DNA of 48,157 nucleotides, taken from NCBI GenBank assembly GCA_035389045.1, contig DAOORA010000030.1, forward strand, positions 1-48,157. The letters run 5' to 3'. The position numbers were made by a program, and so were the translations under genes. This document shows positions 29,948-37,595 of this stretch, piece after piece (position 1 is the first letter of the stretch; each line of letters opens with the position of its first letter). The notes below the pieces were generated by a model. That model was not told where the DNA came from, ran no database searches, and saw only the letters and a program-made list of their open reading frames with translations. The stretch is from Bacteroidales bacterium. GTDB taxonomy: Bacteria > Bacteroidota > Bacteroidia > Bacteroidales > CAIWKO01.

Positions 29948-30610
29948 TTATTGTTTTGTGAAGACATCAACGCCGGTATAAGTAGCATCTGATACTTCAG
30001 TCAGGTTAACTGTAATAACCATAGGAGTGGTGGTAACAGCACCGCTTCCTGTGAAAGTACGCATCATAGCCGGGGAACCGCAGTTAAAGGACTGCTGTGG
30101 CATGTTGATCGTGGTGTGACTTGCGTTCATGTCGGCATATGGGGTACATCCTGTGTAATATGCAAACCTGCTGAAAATAATACGGTTATTAACGGTTGAA
30201 GACACCGTAATTGTTTCTGTCCATGCAAAATGCCATGTTCCGCTTATTCCATCATCAGTGGCGTTGTAAGTTCCGGCAAAAGCTTTGGCGTCATTTTCAA
30301 CAATAACTGTTCTGGTTGCGGTACCTGTATTTCCGTCAACATCGGTTGCTGAATAAGTAAATGTATAAGTTCCTGCAAGGTCTTTGTTGAAGGCCGGGGT
30401 TGACGTGGTGGTAACAGTTAATACAGTTCCATCTTCAGCAGTTGCAGTAGCACCCGGATCAGTGAATGCGGCATTCAGCGGTGTAGTAATGGTTGCATCA
30501 CCAACTAAAGTAACAGTAGGGGCAACTGTGTTCGTTTTATCGCAACCTGTAAAGGTAAGTGCACCAGCGATCAGAACAATCGAAGCAAAAATTAAAGCAA
30601 TCTTTTTCAT
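29948..30610 (-). CDS. DUF5011 (Ig-like) lipoprotein with C-terminal beta domain
   Basis: Lipobox FTGC; PTVTLVG, FTDPGATA and YSATD.DGN; promoter TACTTTTG at 30670-30677 (minus). Confidence 0.85.
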   Translation of the reverse strand: MKKIALIFASIVLIAGALTFTGCDKTNTVAPTVTLVGDATITTPLNAAFTDPGATATAEDGTVLTVTTTSTPAFNKDLAGTYTFTYSATDVDGNTGTATRTVIVENDAKAFAGTYNATDDGISGTWHFAWTETITVSSTVNNRIIFSRFAYYTGCTPYADMNASHTTINMPQQSFNCGSPAMMRTFTGSGAVTTTPMVITVNLTEVSDATYTGVDVFTKQ

Positions 30611-30737
30611 GTTTTTTTGATTTTGGTTAATAAATTATTTTTCAAAATGTTTTAACGATAATTGTGACACAAAAGTATAAAAAAATCTGAAATAATATAT
30701 TTTTTTGCAAAAAAACTTTTTTTATAAAATAAAGTAT

Positions 30738-30745
30738 TAATTTTG
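30738..30745 (+). promoter_or_regulatory. -7 promoter element (TAATTTTG) for small lipoprotein 1
   Basis: TAnnTTTG followed by an A-rich leader to the ATG at 30778. Confidence 0.65.
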
Positions 30746-30777
30746 CTCACCAAAATCAATTATTTAAAACCAAAAAA

Positions 30778-31008
30778 ATGAAAAAGTTATTCTCAGTATT
30801 AGTTATCGCTGGTATGGCAGCTCTCGTAGCTTGCGGACCAAGCGCAGAAGAAATTGCAGCAAAAGCAAAAGCAACGGCTGATTCTTTAAAAGCTATCGCA
30901 ACGGCTGATTCACTGAAAGCTGTTGCAACGGCTGATTCAATTGCTGTTGCTGAAAAAGCAAAAGCAATCGAAGATTCTATCGCTGCTGCTACACCAAAGA
31001 AAAAATAA
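30778..31008 (+). CDS. Small Ala/Lys-rich repeat lipoprotein 1
   Basis: Lipobox LVAC-GPSAEE; own promoter and terminator; paralog at 31750. Confidence 0.85.
   Translation: MKKLFSVLVIAGMAALVACGPSAEEIAAKAKATADSLKAIATADSLKAVATADSIAVAEKAKAIEDSIAAATPKKK
30871..30951 (+). repeat. Three 27-bp tandem coding repeats (ATADS-L/I)
   Basis: GCAACGGCTGATTC at 30871, 30898 and 30925. Confidence 0.9.
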
Positions 31009-31029
31009 TTGAGTAAAATTCAATTATTT

Positions 31030-31065
31030 AAAAAAAGAGGCAGATTTTTCTGCCTCTTTTTTTTT
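31030..31065 (+). terminator. Rho-independent terminator
   Basis: AAAAAAAGAGGCAGA-TTTT-TCTGCCTCTTTTTTTTT. Confidence 0.9.
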
Positions 31066-31118
31066 AGCAGCTATTGATAAAAAGGTGAAGAAAATGGTAA
31101 TTTCTTTTTCTGAGGTGC

Positions 31119-31152
31119 GATAAGAAAAGATAAAATCAAAACAATTTCTGAG
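31119..31152 (+). repeat. Right-end fragment of the 167-bp palindromic element
   Basis: GATAAGAAAAGATAAAATCAAAACAATTTCTGAG matches 41789-41822 at 32/34 nt. Confidence 0.85.
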
Positions 31153-31208
31153 TAAGGAAAGAAACATCGTATTCATTTTATAACATGATATAGGAAATTA
31201 ACGTTAAC

Positions 31209-31517
31209 AGGGGCAGCACCTCAAAATATTTGTAAAGCAGTAATATCCCACAATAATTTTAAGGTGCAGAGCACCGTAATATTATATCTGCCACATACAT
31301 AATTAATTTAAATGGTCGGATATGGTTCCATTGGTAAACATTTTATGCTCATGATTCATAACAATACCGGGTATAAATACCTCTTTGGGGGCGTGAAAAC
31401 AATAGATATGCATCAAAACATGGATGTTTCGTTCATAATCAGGTGTTTGATATTACGGTACGCTGTACCTTATATTTCATTTAAATTATTTTTACAAATG
31501 TTACGGTGCTCTGCAAC
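31209..31517. repeat. Cluster of four REP-like palindromes, two forward and two inverted
   Basis: Consensus AGGTGCAGAGCACCGTAATATTTGTAAA at about 31209 (+, degenerate), 31261 (+), 31450-31472 (-) and 31491-31517 (-). Confidence 0.8.
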
Positions 31518-31593
31518 GGACAAATGTGGCATCAAAAAAAATAATGCCAAATAATAATTCCGGATAGTCCATGCCTGTACCCTAAGCTGCCGT

Positions 31594-31693
31594 NNNNNNN
31601 NNNNNNNNNNNNNNNNNNNNNNNNNNNNNNNNNNNNNNNNNNNNNNNNNNNNNNNNNNNNNNNNNNNNNNNNNNNNNNNNNNNNNNNNNNNNN
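31594..31693. other. Assembly gap (100 N)
   Basis: Run of exactly 100 N; true size unknown. Confidence 1.
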
Positions 31694-31749
31694 CAGGCAC
31701 ATTTTTTTTATTACCTTTGCCGGCGAATTAATAACCAAAACAAAAAACA

Positions 31750-32055
31750 ATGAAAAAATTATTCAGTTTATTAGTAATTTCTGGCATGATAGCTCTCGTC
31801 GCTTGTGGGCCAAGCGCTGAAGAGATAGCTGCCAAAGAAAAAGCAAAACAGGATTCTATTGCTGCCGCTCAGAAAAAAATTGATGATTCTATTGCTGCTG
31901 TTCAGCAAAAAATTGATGATTCTATTGCTGCTGCCAAACAACAAGCCATAGATGATTCTATTGCCAATGCTACTAAACCGGCTTCAAAACCCAAACCCAA
32001 ACCACAACAATATCCGGGACAGCAAACCAAAAATGCTCCCAAGGGTAAAGGTTGA
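31750..32055 (+). CDS. Small Ala/Lys/Gln-rich repeat lipoprotein 2
   Basis: N-terminus near-identical to lipoprotein 1 (MKKLFS.LVI.GM.ALVACGPSAEEIAAK); TACCTTTG at 31712-31719; Pro/Lys tail. Confidence 0.85.
   Translation: MKKLFSLLVISGMIALVACGPSAEEIAAKEKAKQDSIAAAQKKIDDSIAAVQQKIDDSIAAAKQQAIDDSIANATKPASKPKPKPQQYPGQQTKNAPKGKG
31849..31965 (+). repeat. 33/33/36-bp tandem coding repeats (DSIAA)
   Basis: GATTCTATTGC cores in units starting at 31849, 31882, 31915 and 31951. Confidence 0.9.
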
Positions 32056-32072
32056 TAATTTTTGAAAATAAT

Positions 32073-32102
32073 AAAAAAAGGGCTGTATATTCAGCCCTTT
32101 TT
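32073..32102. terminator. Bidirectional rho-independent terminator
   Basis: AAAAAGGGCTG-TATATT-CAGCCCTTTTT between convergent genes. Confidence 0.85.
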
Positions 32103-32803
32103 TATTTTCCGCTGATCTCATTTATGAAACTGATAATGCTGTATAACTCAACGGAGGCTTCATCAGGAGATACTATGTGGGCATCATCATTGCAACCGAT
32201 TTTTGAAACAACAAACAAACTATACTTCTGTGTATTATTGTCCGGTGTTCTGATTATCTTGTCTTCCAGTTTTTTACGTTCGACGTAATACTTGCTGATC
32301 TTTTGCTCATCTGCTTCACTCTGAGGGGTATACACCGTATGTCCCTTGGTGCTGAGTTTGCTGTCCCTCAACTCTTTAATGCCTATCTTTTCAGGTAACT
32401 GAATGATTTCATTCTGAACTGCTGAGTTCGTAAGGCTTGCTTCCTGAAACTTTAAGAAATCCCATTTGTCTTCGTAGCGGATAACAATTTTTGAAACAGC
32501 CCTCTTACCGTTTTTAATGATCCTTTCGTTTCTTTCTTTTTGCTTCTCGAAAGGCACATTGAGGGTGTTTTCGCTGAGTACCCAGATGGAATCGGTACGC
32601 TGTATAATGAAAAAACCGTTGGACTCATGAAAGGTCCAGCCCGCAGGAAGGTAATCTATCAGTATATTTATTATGCCATCAGAACGGTAGCCTGTGGTTA
32701 TAAGCTCTTCTTCAGAGTATTGTGCCGAAACGGCTGATATCCCTGCTGTAAAAAACAAAATGACAGGTATGAGAAAAATTCTTATGGATCTACAGATTTT
32801 CAT
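32102..32803 (-). CDS. Hypothetical secreted protein
   Basis: 233-aa ORF with Sec signal peptide (..AVSA-Q); no family recognised. Confidence 0.7.
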   Translation of the reverse strand: MKICRSIRIFLIPVILFFTAGISAVSAQYSEEELITTGYRSDGIINILIDYLPAGWTFHESNGFFIIQRTDSIWVLSENTLNVPFEKQKERNERIIKNGKRAVSKIVIRYEDKWDFLKFQEASLTNSAVQNEIIQLPEKIGIKELRDSKLSTKGHTVYTPQSEADEQKISKYYVERKKLEDKIIRTPDNNTQKYSLFVVSKIGCNDDAHIVSPDEASVELYSIISFINEISGK

Positions 32804-32919
32804 ACAACAAATTTAGAATTAGCTTTTCAAAAAGCATACCATAAAATTATATTTTTTTTAAAACAAACGTATAATATTTTATGATTGACTACTTTTGTGA
32901 AGCCTATAAAAATTATGAT

Positions 32920-34149
32920 ATGGAACAAAACAAAACAGTAATTATTGGTAACAAAGGCAAGGGAATCAGATCGGATTGCCAAGTTGTTATGGAGATTTCG
33001 GATTCGGGCGGAATTGTTATGGAACTGATCAGCAAAGTAAAAGCTTTGTACGGCAAATCGGTGTGTAGGGAGATCGAAAAAATTCTGGCATTTTACAGCA
33101 TCAAAAATGCCAGGGTGGTGATCGAGGATTCCGGAGCGCTTCCTTTTGTTATTGCTGCCCGCATAGAAGCAGCCGTAAAAAAACTTATTGAAACAGATAT
33201 GGAATATCTGCTGCCTTTTCTGGAAAATAACAAATATCAGACTGCGAAAGACCGGAACAGGATATCGCGCCTGTACTTACCGGGCAACGCTCCCAGTCTG
33301 ATGATCAATGCGGGTATTCATCATCCTGACGGGATAATTCTTGATCTTGAGGATGCTGTGGCCGCCGACAAGAAGTTTGAAGCCCGTTTTATGGTGCGTA
33401 ATGCTTTGCGTAATCTGGATTTTTATGGCGCCGAACGTATGGTGCGCATCAATCAGGTTCCTGCCGGATTGGAGGATCTTGAATATATCGTACCTCATAA
33501 TGTGAACCTGATTTTGGTACCAAAATGCGAAGGAGCCGTGCAGATCCATGCGGTCAATAAGCGGATTGATGAGCTGAAGGCACAATACAATATTTCAGGA
33601 AACATCTGGCTGATGCCGATTGTTGAAAGCGCTATGGGAGTTCTTAAAGCATACGAAATAGCTGCTTCAGCAGAAAATATTGTTGCTATGGCTATAGGTC
33701 TCGAGGATTATACTGCAGATCTTGGTGTCAGACGAACGGGCGATGCAACAGAATCATTTTTTGCACGTAATATGCTTGTGAATGCCTGTAAGGCAGCCGG
33801 CATACAGGCTATTGATTCTGTGTTTTCAGATGTAGCCGATATGGAAGGCCTGAAACAGAATGTCTTGAAATCCAAAGCACTCGGGTTTGATGGCATGGGA
33901 TGTATACACCCTCGCCAGATCAGGGTGATACATGAAAATTTTGCTCCTGATACCGCTGAAATTGAAAAAGCAAAAAAAATCGTTAATGCTTTTATCGAAG
34001 CAGGGGAAAAAGGCCTGGGAGTGGTGTCGCTTGGAACAAAAATGATTGATGCCCCTGTTGTAAAAAGGGCTCAGAAAACAATTGACCTGGCCATATCCAT
34101 GGGAAAAATTTCAAAAAACTGGAGGGAAGAAGGCCATGAAAAAATATGA
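32920..34149 (+). CDS. citE: Citrate lyase ACP (CitD-like) domain fused to citryl-CoA lyase (CitE) domain
   Basis: N-terminal S.V...YG..I......D.GAL..VI.ARIEAAV is CitD-like; LYLPGN, ILDLEDAV, MVRIN, VPKCE, PIVES, GLEDY, GCIHPRQ and MIDAPVV are CitE motifs. TACTTTTG at 32890-32897 supports the ATG at 32920. Confidence 0.9.
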   Translation: MEQNKTVIIGNKGKGIRSDCQVVMEISDSGGIVMELISKVKALYGKSVCREIEKILAFYSIKNARVVIEDSGALPFVIAARIEAAVKKLIETDMEYLLPFLENNKYQTAKDRNRISRLYLPGNAPSLMINAGIHHPDGIILDLEDAVAADKKFEARFMVRNALRNLDFYGAERMVRINQVPAGLEDLEYIVPHNVNLILVPKCEGAVQIHAVNKRIDELKAQYNISGNIWLMPIVESAMGVLKAYEIAASAENIVAMAIGLEDYTADLGVRRTGDATESFFARNMLVNACKAAGIQAIDSVFSDVADMEGLKQNVLKSKALGFDGMGCIHPRQIRVIHENFAPDTAEIEKAKKIVNAFIEAGEKGLGVVSLGTKMIDAPVVKRAQKTIDLAISMGKISKNWREEGHEKI

Positions 34150-35695
34150 TAAACTGGTGACTAATGCCATCGGACGCATAGTTCCGACTATTGTAAATGA
34201 GAAACCTGTTGTTCCTTTTATGGGAGTGGGAAAATACAGGCCCACCGGAGTAAAACATGCTCCGCCTGTTCCTACTTGTCTCGACTATCCGGATGATGGC
34301 ATCAAAACCGTGGCATCGTTGGCCGAAGCTCTGAAAAAATGCGGACTGAAAGATGGCATGACCATCAGTACACACCATCATCTTCGCGACGGAGACCTGG
34401 TTAGTAACACAGTTTTCGACATAGCCCATGAAATGGGCGTTAAAGACCTGGTTTGGTTTCCTTCGGCTTCTTTTCCATGCCATGATCCCCTGATAAAATA
34501 CCTCGAAGACGGAACGATCAACCGTATCGAAGGCTCAATGAATGGCCCCCTTGGAAAATTTACCAGCAAAGGCGGCATGAAAGGTTGTGCCGTGTTGCGT
34601 TCGCATGGAGGCCGTGTGCAGGCTATTCAGGATGGGGAGGTGCATATCGATATCGCTGTGATTGCAGCTCCTGTCGCTGACCCGTTCGGGAATGCCAATG
34701 CTCTCAGTGGCAAGTCTGCCTGCGGAATACTGGGCTATTCGCTGGCTGATTACATGTATGCCGATAAAGTGATTGTGGTTACCGACAATTTGATTCCTTT
34801 CCCATGTATGCCTATGCAGGTACAAGGTAATTATGTTGACTATGTAGTGGTAGTTGACCAAATCGGAATTCCAGAAAAAATCGTTTCCGGTACAACGGAA
34901 GTTACCAAAAGCCCTGACCGGCTATTATTAGCCGAATGGACTGCACAGTTCTGTGATGAAGCAGGTTTGCTGCGTGACGGATGCAGTATGCAGTCGGGTG
35001 CCGGCGGAACCTCGCTGGCCGTGGGGGTTTATATGGACCAGATACTGAAATCCCGTGGCGAAAAAGCCCGTTTTGCTTTCGGAGGCAGCACAAAATACAT
35101 GGTTCAGATGTTGGAAAACGGTACACTTGACTATATCCTTGATGCACAGGCTTTCGACCTCGAAGCGGTACGTTCTGCCCGTGAAAACCCGAACCATATT
35201 GATTTATCCGTATTTCAGGCCTATAATTTTCATAGCAAGGGAAACTATACTTCCATGACCGACATCATGATACTGGGCGCTACCGAAATTGATGTTAATT
35301 TTAACGGAAACGTGGTAACTCATTCCGACGGCCTTCTGTTGCATGGCATTGGTGGGTGGCAAAACTGCCTTCATGCAAAAACTGTAATCATTCCCATTCC
35401 TCTTTTCAGGGATCGTATCCCTGTGCTGGTTGACCAGGTAACTACCGTATGCGGCCCCGGTGAAATGATAGATGTGATTGTTACTGAACGAGGCATTGCC
35501 ATTAATCCATTGCGCACGGACCTGATTGAAAAGATGAAAAATACGTCTTTACCCATCAAAACTATTCAGCAGCTTAAAGCAGAAGCTGATGCAATATGCG
35601 GCCCCCCTGAAAAAGTTGAACTGGATGACGAAATCGTTGCCGTAATAAAATGGGTTGACGGTACGGTAATCGATTCGGTGCGAAAGGTAAAGTAA
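34136..35695 (+). CDS. citF: Citrate lyase alpha subunit / citrate CoA-transferase, copy 1 (divergent)
   Basis: GLKDGMTISTHHH.R.GD, RSHGGR, HIDIAVIAAP.AD.FGN, GAGG.SLA, ILGATEID.NFN and TERGIAINP; overlaps the citE stop. Confidence 0.9.
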   Translation: MKKYDKLVTNAIGRIVPTIVNEKPVVPFMGVGKYRPTGVKHAPPVPTCLDYPDDGIKTVASLAEALKKCGLKDGMTISTHHHLRDGDLVSNTVFDIAHEMGVKDLVWFPSASFPCHDPLIKYLEDGTINRIEGSMNGPLGKFTSKGGMKGCAVLRSHGGRVQAIQDGEVHIDIAVIAAPVADPFGNANALSGKSACGILGYSLADYMYADKVIVVTDNLIPFPCMPMQVQGNYVDYVVVVDQIGIPEKIVSGTTEVTKSPDRLLLAEWTAQFCDEAGLLRDGCSMQSGAGGTSLAVGVYMDQILKSRGEKARFAFGGSTKYMVQMLENGTLDYILDAQAFDLEAVRSARENPNHIDLSVFQAYNFHSKGNYTSMTDIMILGATEIDVNFNGNVVTHSDGLLLHGIGGWQNCLHAKTVIIPIPLFRDRIPVLVDQVTTVCGPGEMIDVIVTERGIAINPLRTDLIEKMKNTSLPIKTIQQLKAEADAICGPPEKVELDDEIVAVIKWVDGTVIDSVRKVK

Positions 35696-35700
35696 TATAT

Positions 35701-35778
35701 CTCAGATTGTTATTTCTTTATAATAGTTTTGTATAATTCGCAGAACCGAAAGGATTATGCTAAGAAACAATTTCTAAG
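35701..35778. repeat. Short hairpin element sharing termini with the 167-bp repeat
   Basis: Begins CTCAGATTGTT, ends AAACAATTTCTAAG (14/14 match to 41809-41822); inner stem GTATAATTC/GGATTATGC. Confidence 0.5.
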
Positions 35779-35963
35779 TATGGTAACTTTGAATAATTGT
35801 TAAGATTTGGTTTTCTTACCAATAATTTATTATTTTTGGATACTGTAATAGTCTTTGCTAACAGCAATTTATGTTATTTGCAATGTCTGGATTCCACTAA
35901 TAGTGTGTCCGGCATGATCATACTACGGAAAAAAATCTTACTTAAACAGGAGGGAAGTTGAAA

Positions 35964-37526
35964 ATGAAAAAATATGATAAACTTGTAGTAAATGCACTGG
36001 GACGCACAGTGCCGACCATTATTAACGGGAAACCGGCCATTCCATATCTGGGTGTTGGAAAATACAGGCCTTCAGGGGTGAAACATGCTCCTCCGGTTGC
36101 CACTTGTGCCGATTATCCTGCCGATGGCAATAAAACGGTGCCGTCATTGAAAGAAGCCTTATTAAAATCCGGGCTTAAAGATGGGATGACGATTTCTACG
36201 CACCACCATTTCCGCAACGGAGACCTTATCGCACAACAGATCTTTGAGATCGCTTCGGAAATGGGCGTGAAGGATCTGATGTGGTTTCCTTCAGCATCTT
36301 TTGAATGTCATGCTCCTATGACAAAATATCTTGAAGACGGGACGATACATCATATTGAAGGCAGTATGAACGGTTCCCTGGGGCGTTTTACTTCGGAAGG
36401 AAAAATGAAAGGACTTGGCGTGCTGAGGTCACACGGTGGCAGATATCAGGCCGTGCAGGATGGTGATGTACATATTGATATTGCTGTCATTGCGGCTCCT
36501 ACCGCCGATGCTTTCGGAAATGCCACTGGCGACAGGGGGCCTGCAGCATGCGGGCTTCTCGGTTTTGCACTGGCCGACTCACAGTATGCCGACAAGGTGA
36601 TTGTAGTGACTGACAATCTGGTTCCTTTTCCCTGCATTCCCTGGCAGATACATGGCAATTATGTGGACTATGTTGTGGTGCTTGACCAGATTGGCATACC
36701 CGAAAAGATCGTTTCAGGTACAACCGAAATCACCAAAAGCCCCGACCGCTTGTTGTTAGCCGAATGGTCGGCGCAGTTCTGCGATGAAGCAGGCATTATT
36801 CGCAATGGATTCTCTTTTCAGGCCGGCGCCGGCGGAACAGCGCTGTCCATAGGAATATATTTTGCCGATATTTTGCGTCAGCGGGGCATGAAGGCCCGTT
36901 TTGCACGCGGAGGCAGTAACAAATACCTGGTGCAGATGCTCGAAGAAGGATTGACGGATTATATCCTTGATGGACAGACTTTCGACCTGGAAGGCGTACG
37001 CTCCATGCGCGAAAATCCGGGACATATCAACACCAGCCCGTTCACCAGTTATAACTACCACGGCAAAGGAAACTTTGCTTCTATGATTGATGTGGTAATT
37101 TTAGGGGCTACTGAGGTGGATGTCAACTTCAATGCCAATGTGGTGACACATTCCGATGGTACCCTGCTGCACGGCATTGGAGGATGGCAAAATTGCCTGT
37201 TCTCAAAATGCACCATCCTGCCCATACCCTTGTTCCGCGACAGAATACCCGTCATCATTGATGAGGTGACCACGATTTGCGGTCCGGGTGAGCTGATCGA
37301 TGTGATAGTTACCGAACGCGGTATCGCTATCAATCCGCTGCGTACCGATCTAATTGAAAAAATGAAGCATTCAAAGCTTCCGATCAAGACCATTCAGCAG
37401 CTCAAAGCAGAAGCAGAGGCCATTTGCGGAGTGCCTGAAAAGATTGAATTCGACGAAGAAATCGTGGCTGTAATCAAGTGGGTGGATGGTACTGTGATTG
37501 ATTCAGTGAGAAAACTGAAGATATAA
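35964..37526 (+). CDS. citF: Citrate lyase alpha subunit / citrate CoA-transferase, copy 2
   Basis: Same CitF motifs (HHHFRNGD, GFSFQAGAGG, Q.FDL); about 75% identical to copy 1 by manual count over the first ~280 aa. Confidence 0.92.
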   Translation: MKKYDKLVVNALGRTVPTIINGKPAIPYLGVGKYRPSGVKHAPPVATCADYPADGNKTVPSLKEALLKSGLKDGMTISTHHHFRNGDLIAQQIFEIASEMGVKDLMWFPSASFECHAPMTKYLEDGTIHHIEGSMNGSLGRFTSEGKMKGLGVLRSHGGRYQAVQDGDVHIDIAVIAAPTADAFGNATGDRGPAACGLLGFALADSQYADKVIVVTDNLVPFPCIPWQIHGNYVDYVVVLDQIGIPEKIVSGTTEITKSPDRLLLAEWSAQFCDEAGIIRNGFSFQAGAGGTALSIGIYFADILRQRGMKARFARGGSNKYLVQMLEEGLTDYILDGQTFDLEGVRSMRENPGHINTSPFTSYNYHGKGNFASMIDVVILGATEVDVNFNANVVTHSDGTLLHGIGGWQNCLFSKCTILPIPLFRDRIPVIIDEVTTICGPGELIDVIVTERGIAINPLRTDLIEKMKHSKLPIKTIQQLKAEAEAICGVPEKIEFDEEIVAVIKWVDGTVIDSVRKLKI

Positions 37527-37595
37527 TCAGAAAACAGATCTTTCTGTTTGTCAGAATATCAATAGATTGTTTTCCACAGAAGACTATAGACTTTT

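Noticed and set aside
31209..31517. Possible CRISPR array
   Set aside because: Units are in opposite orientations, degenerate and irregularly spaced, with no cas genes; REP-like is a better fit
31312..31750. ORFs 31312-31554, 31470-31700 and 31532-31750
   Set aside because: They run through REP-like repeats or the N gap and show no protein-like features
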